DNA of 64,000 nt from Octopus sinensis. Lineage: Eukaryota. A program made the translations under genes and the position numbers. The notes beneath the pieces were generated by a model. It was not told the origin of the DNA and did no database searches. It saw only the letters and a program-made list of their open reading frames with translations. Location of the stretch: assembly GCF_006345805.1 (NCBI RefSeq), contig NC_043006.1:6014001-6078000 (forward strand), given 5' to 3'. Of the stretch, positions 40,521 to 52,729 are shown in pieces. The stretch's first letter is position 1. The number at the start of each line of letters is the position of its first letter.

Positions 40521-43500
40521 TATATTTCTTCATTACCTTCAACCTTGTAGTCTCAAGGAAAGAAGATAAGATAAAACAGTGGCAAAATGATAGTCGATCG
40601 GGATTCTAATCTCTAAGACTGAAAATCACGCGCACACAGACTCGTGCGCATGCACGCGTACAAACACATACATGCACACACGCGCATTCGCACAGACATG
40701 CATATACACACACACATCATTGTCTTCTGACAGCATGTCGAAGTAGATCATAAGAACGCGTCGAACTTTTCGATCGATAATATTGGCAGGTGTCGTTGCA
40801 TCCACATGATCGACACGTGACGATAGTCTACTCTTACTGTGGAGTCCTTCTTCACGCGCTGGATATTCTATCAACCTGAAAAAATAACAATTAACAGTGA
40901 ATTTTAATTACTTAATGACCAATGACATGATACTAACCTCTGCTTCTTTCTTTACAGGAGTCACCGTCAACAAGATGAAAAATTTATTGTCAACGAATTT
41001 GATATGATTTGTCGATAGGTTAAATCAATCAGTAACGGTATTCATTATATTTAAAGATGATATTTTAGACTTAATATATATTTTTAGGCATGGCTGTGAG
41101 GTAAAAAGCTTGCTTCTCAACCACGTGGTTCCACGTTCAATCCCACTGCGTAACACTTTCGGCACGTATCATCAATAATAGCTTCGAATTGGCCAAAGCC
41201 TTGTGAGTGGATTTGATAGACGGAAACTGAAAGAAGTCCGCGGTATATGTGTGTGTTTTTATTTCCCGCCTCTGCTTGATAACCAGTGGGGCTGTGTTTA
41301 CATCCCGACAATTAAGTGGTTCGGCATAAGAGACCGATAAAATACGTTCCAGGCTTTTTAAGAAAAAAAGTACCGGGGTCGATTCATTCTACTAAAAATT
41401 CTTCACAGTGGTGGCCCAGTATGGCCGCCGCAGTCTCACGACTGAAACGAGCAGAAGATAAAAGATATTCGACAAAAACGGTCGGACGAAAGTTGAGAGT
41501 AAAGCAACGAGAGTTCGTAACTCCGTTTCGATTTCATTCCCTTCATATACACTGTTTTCATCCTTGCAAGCGTCACAAGACCCCTTTTCTCCTACCTTAC
41601 GCTAGAGCGGTGGTTCTGCAGTATTTATCTAGTTTCATTACTATTCAAAGTTAAACAGATTCGAAGTACTCCAAATTAAAATCGTGTTTTATTTAAGTAA
41701 GCGCATAAATCTAGTACAATTCAGTACATAATGTACAATATTGTTGTAGACTTATTTTTGTGAGAAGATTAAAGTTGTGATACACGAGTTTGAATTTATG
41801 GTTTGGTTTCTGAATGAGTTACCAATATATCTGAGCCTGAAACAAAAAGGCCATAGACTTGAACATGCTAAGGCACATTGTCGAGAATCCAAGTTCACAC
41901 ACATTGGTCCTTGGAAATGGAAAAGGTTCGCCGAGGGCTAGATTCATTAACATCGGATATTCCATTACTCCTTTCTGAAACTAAAATAATACAATACTCT
42001 GGACAATTGCAAATGTGTTGTGGATCAATAATCATTTGTCAGCTTCGGGGATCCGTCTTTTGTAGACTTGGGAGTCAGTTATCAACATCGTTTACAGCAA
42101 GAAATGACTGTTTTATCCATGCAATGTTCTTCGGTTTTAATTGCAAGGGACTCATCTGGGCACACTCTCTTCTTATCTTTTTTCCATTAAATTCGTGTTT
42201 TATAATGTAGTTTGATACTGTAGCTAAATTCGAAACCAAATCGATAAATTACCATGTTAAAATCACGGTTTAGTAACAGCTTTTTCATGTGAGTGGTCCG
42301 AGTTATGGACCAATCAGCAACCTGACATCACATGATAGATCATTCAAGAAACTTCCTGAAACAGGCGGAAATAAGCAGATTTTGAGCCCCAAACCCAAGT
42401 GTTCGGAGGCCCGCTGCTAAGCTAACCACATCCTCATTTTATTGTTTTTAACAGTTGTTATTACGGCTCTTACTCAACCTAGATATATCGCTACGGTTCT
42501 CCTGTCTTGACAGCTTGATTACAGAGCCTCTTTAATCAACTATCTGTAAGAGCTACGTAATAGTTTTTCCAGTGTGTAAACTTTGTTGCCGCAATTTCTA
42601 AATCATGACCAACATGAAAATCATTTGTATGGTAAAATAAAATTCTGTCAATTGTTCACGGGTGTGCATTCATTGTACGCAACCTGATTTCAAACCGACT
42701 ACCAACATTTCATATCTCTCATTCTTTATCTCTTTTAGCAACCATCTTCAACACTTCATAATATTATCATCGATGTTTTCGGTAACAACTTATATCTTAG
42801 CAACATCTACCATGCCATCTACTTGCTGAAGAATGCTTTTATTGGATACAGAAACCCTTATAGGTTGTTTTTATTTGCTGCTTGCCATTCATATTTCTCT
42901 CACAAGAATCTCACCTCCGGGCATGATAAATTCCACTGTTGCTATGGCGCTTCTTTTGCATGACATGAATTTTGCAACTTCATATCTACAGACTACATTT
43001 AGCTTGCGTCGCAGCAGGATGCCCCTTAGAATTCGGCGATTGAGCTTCCAAAGTGCGTTCAAAGTTAAGAAATTCTTCCCAGGTTGTTCTCCCATCGTGG
43101 CTGTTATGAAGAAATCCATGTAGTTACTCAGGTTTCATCATCTTTTTAGATGTCAACCTATTCTCGTGTGTGAAATATTTGAAGATGCCGACTGGAGCTA
43201 CTTACATGAAAAATAAACAATTACAATTAATTCAACCATGCTTCATTACGGCCAGTCACAACATAGCATACACTCGTTTACTGCAGATTCTGGGGAGATA
43301 CCGACAGAAAACTGATTCGATTTTTAAAAGTCTATCAGTAGAGGTGAATACTTCGTGTGTGTCCTTTGGGAGTCAATCCCTTTTCTGAAGTGTGATTAAC
43401 TTCACATCGGACTGCATACACCTCTCGCTGTACTCTAGTAGGGGTAATTATACGGTGTTTGGAAATCTCTGGTCCAGAGAAACCAATATTACTTATTAAC

Positions 43501-43599
43501 ACCAGAATCGATGTCCTAATGAGGTTCACTTTATTAGAGAAAAGATAAAGCTTAATTTAAAGTATTGGTTGGTTAATTAAAACGTGTTCGGGAAGATTG

Positions 43600-43866
43600 G
43601 GATCTTTTCGCTTTGGCCGGCAAATAATTGTTGTTGACACACTACGACAGAAATTGAATTCACCTCAATAGACGTCATTGATTGGTTGAAATTGCCGAAA
43701 TGCAAGAAATTAAACAACAAATTTCTTACAAACTACAGAATTTTCTCAAGAAAGCCAAGAGAAAAAAGATGTTTTATGTAACACATTCTACCAGTATACG
43801 AAGTTTAAAAGTGTTTAGTTACAAAGAAATTATTTTAAAAATCTGCCGGTCAAAGTGAAAAGATCC
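43600..43866. mobile_element. MITE with GGATC termini and 8-bp TSD, ~180 bp upstream of PGLS
   Basis: TIR GGATCTTTTCGCTTTGGCCGGCA / TGCCGGTCAAAGTGAAAAGATCC; TSD GAAGATTG on both sides. Confidence 0.8.
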
Positions 43867-44044
43867 GAAGATTGTAACTTTGGTGTGGAAAATTTTATTT
43901 ATAAATTTAAATTATGCATTAATTACGATGTAATTAAAATACTAAACTATTTCCTCTCTAGTGAATGGCTTCGCGTGTGGTTGTTTTCCACCGGTGACAG
44001 TATAAATCAAGGGAGACTACTCTATGCTCTTTGGTTCTTTAAAA

Positions 44045-44782
44045 ATGGCGCCGACACGTGTTGTTTCTTCGTCCGGAGAAGATTTGGAGCAAAGACTCGC
44101 TGATTTACTCACCAGTAAATCCGAACAAGCACTCAAATCTGATCGTCTGTTTATAATTGGTGTTTCTGGAGGTAGTGTATCGAAATATTTGTGTAACACT
44201 TTCTGCAAACTCTCGACAAACTGGGCGAAATGGCGAATCTTCTTCTGCGACGAACGTTACGTGCCTCACGAAGATCCCGAATGTACTTATAAATACTACA
44301 AGGAAAATTTCTTATCCAAAGTAAAAGATATGTCTGCTGATCATATATATCCGATTAAAGCCGATCTTCCTATTGATGAATGTGCTAAAAATTATTCGGA
44401 TAAAATTGCTGCTGTGTTTGACATAACCCCAGGGACTTTTCCACGCTTTGATGTTGTCTTACTTGGGATGGGACCCGACGGCCACACTTGCTCCCTTTTT
44501 CCGGGACATCATTTGTTGGACGAGAAAGTAGCTGTAGTCAGTCCGATCTCTGATTCTCCGAAACCTCCACCCGGTCGGGTAACTCTCACTCTGCCTGTCC
44601 TCAACCGATCGGCTTGTGCTGTTTTCATGGCCACCGGTGAAAATAAAGCTGAATTGGTGAGGAAAGCCTTGGAGCCTGTTGACAGCGACGGAGACATGAT
44701 ACCTGCCGGCAGAGTGAGCCCAGTCGATGGAGAATTAATTTGGTTTTTGGATGCCGCTTCTGCCAAACAGCTGAAGCATTAA
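44045..44782 (+). CDS. PGLS: 6-phosphogluconolactonase, single-exon ORF (245 aa from ATG 44045; an in-frame upstream ATG exists at 44024)
   Basis: Uninterrupted ORF with 6PGL motifs IGVSGGS, IFFCDERYVP, FDVVLLGMGPDGHTCSLFP, DSPKPPPGRVTLTLPVLN, FMATGENKA and LIWFLDAASA. ATG 44045 has a good context (AAAATGG). Confidence 0.95.
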   Translation: MAPTRVVSSSGEDLEQRLADLLTSKSEQALKSDRLFIIGVSGGSVSKYLCNTFCKLSTNWAKWRIFFCDERYVPHEDPECTYKYYKENFLSKVKDMSADHIYPIKADLPIDECAKNYSDKIAAVFDITPGTFPRFDVVLLGMGPDGHTCSLFPGHHLLDEKVAVVSPISDSPKPPPGRVTLTLPVLNRSACAVFMATGENKAELVRKALEPVDSDGDMIPAGRVSPVDGELIWFLDAASAKQLKH

Positions 44783-44947
44783 GAATACAGCTTTACTTAA
44801 TTATACAAGAGTATGTTGCCATGGTGTGTTATTTCTGTTCAAAAAAGAATTTATCATTTGCTATCGACAGTATAAACTTGCAAACTTTACATTCTTAAAG
44901 CGATATTAAGGAAATATTATTCAAACATTTTCTGCTACTTTTGATAT

Positions 44948-44953
44948 AATAAA
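44948..44953 (+). terminator. Candidate polyadenylation signal of PGLS
   Basis: AATAAA ~165 nt after the PGLS stop, with T-rich sequence downstream. Confidence 0.45.
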
Positions 44954-45978
44954 TACAAAAATTAATCACTGTTTACGTAGTTTTTTTTCCTCACTTTATC
45001 GGTTTATTAATGTTTACAACGAAATTATTTAAATTTATTTTTACTGTGATTCAAACTGATAGACCATATTTTTCGTAACATTTATCGTTCCTATAATCTT
45101 ACAAATTATAAGACCATATTTCATAATCACATGTTGGTACTATACTACAAATTGGATGGACAGACTTTCTACCTATTTAGGTTTCCTTCTGTTTCTATAC
45201 AGTTAGAGCCACACATGCTTTCTCTGTTATATATGTGTGTAGGTGTCTGTGAGTGTATGCATGCATGTTTGTAAATCATCATCATCGTTTAACGTCCGCT
45301 TTCCATGCTAGCATGGGTTGGACGATTTGACTGCGGTCTAGGAAGCCAGAAGGCTGCACCAGGCTCCAGTCTGATCTGACAGTGTTTCTACAGCTGGATG
45401 CCCTTCCTAACGCCAACTACTCCACTTAAAAACCTAGGAGAGCCTCGATATAAGGTAAAGTACTCAATAACATAGCAGACTGACGGTACACGTTCAATCA
45501 GATAATGGCATTTACAAAACTAGAAGTGTACTTTGTTTGAGTTTTGGAATCTTTAGATGATTTCAAAACTTGAGAGAAACGTGTAAATTTCTGGCTGTGT
45601 GGTTAAGCATCTTGTTTTGCAACCATGTGGTCTTGGGTTCAGTCCCATTGCATGGCACATGGGGCAAGTGCCTTAGAAGGTAACTGAATGACCATTGCGA
45701 ATATGTATGTGTGTTTGCATGTATTTATATCTGTTTACATTTTCGTTTCTCCAAAAATTGCTGTGCTACAAGGTTGGGTACTGTCGTTTCCCAAAAACAA
45801 ATCATCTGCTGGCTCTGTGCTTTGAAAGATGTGGAATGGTAGATTCTTCATTTGAAAGAAATAGACAAAACTGAATGGTGCATGTATCAACACACATGCA
45901 CACCATAATTTTTTTAACATTATGCAGGTGAGAGAAAAACCTTCCTCTAGATAAGATGCTAGTCTAACATTTAGTGTG

Positions 45979-46600
45979 TATGAGGGTCAGCTGTAAAGTT
46001 CATAGGCTGACCAAGATACTCTCATGGAATGTGACCAAATGAGGTTTATTTTTCAACATAGTACCCTTTGTGGTCCACACACTTCTTCCTTCACTGTTGC
46101 AATGCTTGGATCTCATTGATGAAGAAGCTTTCATCCTCTTGGGCAAAAAAGTCAACATCACTGATACTGATTCCCAGCCAAGTGTTTTTCCATGTTGGGG
46201 AACAGATAATCGTCAGATGGGGCTAAAACAGAAAAATGAGGATGATCAGCCAATTCAGACCCAGAGTCATGCACAGCAAACACTGTAACCAATGACTTGT
46301 GTGGTGGAGCATTGTCCTGATGGAACAAGACCCCTTTTGTCAGTTTTCCCAGGCGTTTTGTCTTGATAGCCTTTCATAACTGCTTCAGCATGTTGGCATA
46401 GTATTCTCCATTTATGGTGAGGCCCTTTTGAAAATAGTCAATAAACACAATACCATTTTCATCCTTGAAAACTGAAGCCATCACCTTCCCTGCAAATGAA
46501 ATGACATTAGACTTTAGGGCAGATGAGGAGGGGCGTTTCCACTTCATGGACTAATTCTTTGTTTCTGGCTGAAAGTGATGAACCTAACACTCATCTTAGC
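45979..46600 (-). mobile_element. Mariner transposase remnant (catalytic half)
   Basis: - strand motifs DEC*VHHFQPE (DETW box), HQDNAPPH and LAPSDDYLFPNM; the end reads TA-TGAGGGTCAG. Confidence 0.75.
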
Positions 46601-46655
46601 TTAGGAAACCAGCTGGTTTCCTAAGCTAAGATGAGTGTTAGGTTCATCACTTTCA
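46570..46655. repeat. Perfect 86-bp palindrome with no loop
   Basis: TGAAAGTGATGAACCTAACACTCATCTTAGCTTAGGAAACCAG|CTGGTTTCCTAAGCTAAGATGAGTGTTAGGTTCATCACTTTCA. Confidence 0.97.
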
Positions 46656-48571
46656 AAGCACAGAGTTAGCAGATGATTTGTTTTTGGGCAACGACAGTAC
46701 CCAACCTTGTAGCACAGCAATTTTTGGAGAAACGAAAATGTAAACAGATATAAATACATGCAAACACACATACATATTCGCAATGGTCATTCAGTTACCT
46801 TCTAAGGCACTTGCCCCATGTGCCATGCAATGGGACTGAACCCAAGACCACATGGTTGCAAAACAAGATGCTTAACCACACAGCCAGAAATTTACACGTT
46901 TCTCTCAAGTTTTGAAATCATCTAAAGATTCCAAAACTCAAACAAAGTACACTTCTAGTTTTGTAAATGCCATTATCTGATTGAACGTGTACCTTCAGTC
47001 TGCTATGTTATTAAGTACTTTACCTTACATCGAGGCTCTCCCAGGTTTTTAAGTGGAGTGGTTGGCGTTAGAAAGGGCATCCAGCTGTAGAAACACTGCC
47101 AGATCAGACTGGGCCTGGTGCAGCCTCCTGGCTTCCCAGACCCTGGTCGACTCGTCCAACCCATGCTAGCATGGAAAGTGGACGTTAAACGATGATGATT
47201 TACTTACAAACACACAAACATGCATGCATACACTCACAGACACCTACACACATATATAACAGAGAAAGCATGTGTGGCTCTAACCGTATAGAAACAGAAG
47301 GAAACCTAACTTGGTAGAAAGTCTATTTTCAATACTTATGACCTCAAAAGGTTTCAGTGCTACTATTCTAAATATGACTGTGGTTGAAGAGCTGATTTCT
47401 TACACTTCAGGTCATATACAGGTTAAAAAAGGTGTTATCTTGTATTTTTTTACTTGTTTGCCATTTGATAAGGGCCATGCTGGAGCACCACCTTAAAAGG
47501 TTTAAATCAAATAAATTGGACCCAAGACTTATTTTTTAAGCCTAGTACTTTTTCTATTTGTCTATTTTGCCGAACTGCTAAGTTAAGGGGATGTAAACAC
47601 GCCAACACCAACTGTCAAGCAGTGATGCAGGGTGAAACACAGATACAAAGACACACATACATATATATGACAGGCTTCTTCCAGTTTCCATCTACCAAAT
47701 CCACTCACAAGGTTTTGGTTGGCCTAAGGTTATAGTTGAACACACTTGCCCAAGGTGCTACGCAGTGGGACTGAACCTGGAACCATGTGGTTGAGAAGCA
47801 ACACAGCCACTCAACCATAATGTATCTTGGACTATTTTATCCAGAGTACCTTTCCTTTTTCTAAGATGCTAGCATGTGTCCAGAGTGGCATTTGGCAGTA
47901 TTTTTCAAAGTAGGCCACGCAGCAGCTTCCAAGGGTTTGTAAATATATATAAAAAAATGGTGAACTAAATTCACTACAAAATTGGTGGCTCCTACAAATT
48001 GGAATTAATAAAGATGCAGTTATTGAGTCTTTGCAGTTTCTTGTTTTCAAGTTCTAAATTTGTGGCTGACTCCAAAAATGGTTTTGCTGAATTATGCAAA
48101 GATGTTTTAACCAAGAACTCTAGAGATTCATGTTTCTGATAGAAACTATTTCTAACATTAAAGTATGTTTTTTTTTTCTTTTGGTTTAAACCCAATATTT
48201 TGAGCGTTATCGTTACCAACGTCGCTTCATTGGCACCTGTGCCGGTGGCACATGTAAAAACATTCGAGCGAGGTCATTGCCAGTACCACCTGACAGGCCC
48301 CCGTGTCAGTTGCACATAAAAAGCACCCCTACACTCTCGGAGTGGTTGGCGTTAGGAAGGGCATCCAGCTGTAGAAACTCTGCCAGATCAAAATTGAAGC
48401 CTGGTGCAGCCGTCTGGTTTGCCAGCCCTCAGTCAAAATTGTCCAACCCATGCTAGCATGGAAAGCGGACGTTAAACAATGATGATGATGATGATGATTT
48501 TAAAATTATTTTCAAAAGAAGACAAACTGATAAACTCAGTATTGGTTGCTCTATTACCAAGATATATATAT

Positions 48572-48640
<69 letters not shown>

Positions 48641-49228
48641 GTTGCTTTATTACCAAATTATATACAATTCTAAAAAAAATATTCTGTTGACATAAAAGGT
48701 TTATCATTTATGAAACTTTCTTCAAGTTTCTTGGATTATGTACAAATGAAGATTCCAAATGAATACACTTCATAGCAACATGTATAGATGAATGGGGGGG
48801 CGGGTGTATAATAGTCTTCACTCAAATGAATCAAATCACAGGAAAATTTCATAAGTTTCCAATATGATGAAATTTTTCCCTCCAAACTCTAAACCTTTCT
48901 CCATAATTTGAATTTTGATACGGATGATTTTCAATGGAGTTTATGTCCAGTTGCTGTAGAGATATCAAAAATGGTGACATTAACAGATGTAAACTTCCCT
49001 GTATTTCAATAACACAGCAACAAATATGAATCATTTGTAAATCCAGGAACTCCAACTAAAGACTTTGGCCATGATGCTGACATGTGAATGGGTTATTTAC
49101 AAAATAGTTGTTGCTGAGGTTTAGAGTAAAGAATATCAGTGGAGCTTTAAAAATGTTCTATTGATAAAGATCAAGTATGATAACTGTGACAGAAACCAAA
49201 ATAGTTCCTTGCATTCTTAACCAAGTTC

Positions 49229-49336
49229 TTACATTCCTAGCATTTCTTTCACTTGATTTTCTTCTTCTTGTAATGACTCACTGGCATATTTCTCCATAAG
49301 CTCCAATTTCTTTCGCTGCACAAGAGCCTCTTCAAT
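49229..49336 (-). CDS. ISY1: ISY1 terminal coding exon (108 nt incl. TAA)
   Basis: ttcag|ATT GAA GAG...GGA ATG TAA encodes IEEALVQRKKLELMEKYASESLQEEENQVKEMLGM*. The phases of all nine exons join into one open frame (838 nt in window). Confidence 0.93.
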   Translation of the reverse strand: MEEALVQRKKLELMEKYASESLQEEENQVKEMLGM

Positions 49337-51261
49337 CTGAAATAAAAAATACCAAGAGTTCTGAGTAATTCCATATTAGCTATGAACTTTATTTATTTAC
49401 TGAACTAATCTGCTAAAAAGGTCTTTTAAAATTCCATAAAGAATATGACAATCCAAAGTAGAATATGAAATTTAGAACTTTAGTGTAGAGTTTTTTTTGT
49501 ACGCAAGACGGCCTGCTGTGCTAACCTTGGATCGTAGAGTGACCCACTGTTCTTGAGGAGACCTCTTGAGTCAAGTACGTCAACATCAACGCCAACATCA
49601 AAATAAAAATCAAATGGGAATTGTAGTTAAGATACCTGTGCTGGTGGCATGTAAAAAGCACCATCCAAACGTAGCTGATGCCAGAGCTGCCTCACTGGCA
49701 TCTGTGTCAGTGGCATGTAAAAAGCACCAACCGATCATGGCCGTTTGCCAGCCCCCTCTTGCCCCTGTGCTGGTGGCACATAAAAAAAACCCACTACACT
49801 CACGGAGTGGTTGGCGTTAGGAAGGGCATCCAGCTGTAGAAACACTGCCAGATCAGACTGGAGCCTGGCGCAGCCTCCTGGATTCCCAGATCCCTGTTGT
49901 ACCGTCCAACCCATGCTAGCATGGAAAACGGACGTTAAACGATGATGATAATGTAGTTCTTCATTTAAAATCAGAATAGAAAGGATTCTCAACACTGAAC
50001 TCAGTCTAGCTCTGGCTATGATAAAAGTTGTATGATACAAAGTCCTATGACGCAAACTTCCTGTTTTAAATTGATCTAAACTAAAACCTTCCTCCAAAAT
50101 TTCGTTTTAATTTAAGTTTCAAACACTAGTTTAATAATCAAAGATAGTTTATTAAATTCTTCGTTATTTTCAAAATTAATTGAAATAATGGCAGTTCATT
50201 TCAACAGAAAGATGGTAATGAAATGGTTAATGTATAAATGTTTTCTTGAAACAAATTTCTATGGCATAAGAGACATTATCCCCAATGATTTAACATACAT
50301 TTTCCTGATTGCCATGGGTCGGATGTGTTTTCCAACATTTTTCTACTTGATGCAATCATTTACAAAATCTAACAACCATTTCTTGCTTCACTTCTCTCTA
50401 CCTTAGGCATATTCTACAAGTCAAGCAAGGCATTTTTTTCATTGTCCAATCACATCATGTCACAACTAACCCTAACCCTCCAAACATTGAATAATGCTTT
50501 TAATGCCCAACAATTCTATCAACTTGTTTTTCTCAATCCTTCACAGCTTTTCTCTATCAAACACTCAAATAGTATTGGAACTTTTTAAATGTGTTTCATG
50601 CAGTCTGCCCGTTAGAGAGAAAACTTAATAATAATAATAATGAAATTATTGTATACAGTGATCAGGTGCACTGTTACTATAACAGAATAATTCTTTGTTG
50701 CTGTAAGATGCAGCAGCTTTCTGAATTCTTTCCAAACTCTAGCTGCTCTAGATAATCCACTACAATTACCTAGTAAATGTAACAGAGGAACAAAATATCA
50801 GTGGAATAAATATTCCAAAAATAAGTCTATAGAAGGTATGCTGAGTTAACGGAGTGTCACCAAAATATTTCGGTAGCTAAAATTGTCATAAATTTGTTCA
50901 AAATTGCAATAGTTCTGCTCTCGTCTCAGCATTAAAACCATCCGTCATTGGAACAAAACTACTCAGTCCTCAGGAACGTCAGAGAAGTGGCAAGTCATGC
51001 TTGACTTAGAATAACAGTGAGGGGGTAAACCAATTCAAGTCATGTTTGACTAGATGAACAAAACCTTATTAAATCAGGATAACATTAATAACAAAAGGAA
51101 AAGACACCTGTAGAAGAGACACATGTTTGTGTGTGCTTCAAAGTATCTGAGAATGTTGAAGTATTCTAGAAGAATTTCTATGTTCTAATCATACTTCTCA
51201 AATAAATAATATAAAAAAAAACGATTATTTTATAACAAAATAAAAATTGTTAGAAATATAT

Positions 51262-52050
51262 CTATTTCTTTACTACCCACAAGGGGCTAAACATAGAGGG
51301 GACAAACAAGGACAGACAAAGGGATTAAGTCGATTATATCGACCCCAGTGCGTAACTGGTACTTAATTTATCGACCACGAAAGGATGAAAGGCAAAGTCA
51401 ACCTTGGCGGAATTTGAACCCAGAACATAGCGACAGACGAAATACCTATTTCTTCATTACCCACAAGGGGCTAAGCATAGAGGGGACAAACAAGGACAGA
51501 CAGACAGATTAAGTCAATTATATCGACCCCCAGTGTGGAACTGGTACTTAATTTATCGACCCCTAAAGGATGAAAGGCAAAGTCAACCTCAGCAGAATTT
51601 GAACTCAGAACGTAACGGCAGACGAAATACCTATTTCTTTATTACCCACAAGTGGCTAAACACAGAGAGGACAAACAAGGACAGACAGACAGATTAAGTC
51701 AATTATATCGACCCCCAGTGTGGAACTGGTACTTAATTTATCGACCCCTAAAGGATGAAAGGCAAAGTCAACCTCAGCAGAATTTGAACTCAGAACGTAA
51801 CGGCAGACGAAATACTTATTTCTTTACTACCCACAAGTGGCTAAACACAGAGAGGACAAACAAGGACAGACAGACAGATTAAGTCAATTATATCGACCCC
51901 CAGTGCGTAACTGGTACTTATTTAATCGACCCCCGAAAGGATGAAAGGCAAAGTCGACCTCGGCGGAATTTGAACTCAGAACATAGCGACAGACGAAATA
52001 CCGCTAAGCATTTCGCCCAGCATGCTAACGATTCTGCCAGCTCGCCACCG
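51262..52050 (-). repeat. SINE family N tetramer (period 184-185 bp) in the last ISY1 intron
   Basis: Unit starts at 51262, 51446, 51631 and 51816. Only the last unit carries the tRNA head (ends ~52050). Confidence 0.9.
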
Positions 52051-52070
52051 ATATAGAAATATATCCTTAC

Positions 52071-52160
52071 CTCTTGTTGTGACGGCACCGGAACATGAGC
52101 AATAAAATGTTGGCTTTCTTTCTCTGTTCCTGTATTTTCCTGTTCATCATCCGAATCAGA
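52071..52160 (-). CDS. ISY1: ISY1 coding exon (90 nt)
   Basis: tgcag|TCT...GAG|gtaagg encodes SDSDDEQENTGTEKESQHFIAHVPVPSQQE. Confidence 0.93.
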
Positions 52161-52315
52161 CTGCAAGATAAAACATCTCTTTTAGTAATTCACTCGTATT
52201 CACACATGGATTTGCTAATTCAAACAACACGCAAGAATACAATGCTATTACAATAACTGATGACACATTACTTCTGTATTAATTTAATCTTTGTATCTGC
52301 TACAAAATATATTTC

Positions 52316-52729
52316 GGATCTTTTTGGTTTGAACAGCAGTTTTTAACATAGTTTCTAGGTAACTAAAAAATTTTAAACTTCGGACACTGGTAGAATGTGT
52401 TTATAAAACATCTTTTTCTCTTGGCTTTATTGAGAAAATTCTATAGTTTGTAAGATATTTGTTGTTTTTTTTTCTTCAATTTCTGCAATTTCAACCAATC
52501 AGTGACGTCTATTGAGATAAAAAAAACATTCTGTGCCATATGAATATGTCCCTCGTTTAAGAAACAGATTGGGTTTATTTACATTTCTGAAGAAAAAAAG
52601 ATACTCTTCCTCCCACCCCTAACCCTAAAACAGATTGAAATGCAATAGATCGATACAAGGGTCATAATTATGGGTGACAATTTCATATGAGACCGCTAGA
52701 AAATACTGCCATTCAAACCGAAATGATCC
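52316..52729. mobile_element. MITE with GGATC termini and 8-bp TSD in an ISY1 intron
   Basis: TIR GGATCTTTTTGGTTTGAACAGCAG / CTGCCATTCAAACCGAAATGATCC; TSD TATATTTC on both sides. The interior is similar in reverse to 43600-43866. Confidence 0.8.

Larger units (their letters stand above)
45163..47324. repeat. Large inverted duplication: arms ~45163-45828 and ~46650-47324, ~820-bp spacer
   Basis: Direct comparison: ~45497-45787 is essentially identical to the reverse complement of the right arm; the outer parts are somewhat more diverged. Confidence 0.95.

Noticed and set aside
51262-52050. Regularly spaced repeats resembling a CRISPR array
   Set aside because: The units are ~184-bp near-identical SINE monomers with no unique spacers, in a eukaryotic intron with no cas genes.
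50466-52632. Short CCCTAA telomere-like motifs (~50468, ~52617)
   Set aside because: Only about two units each, one inside a MITE; not interstitial telomeric arrays.
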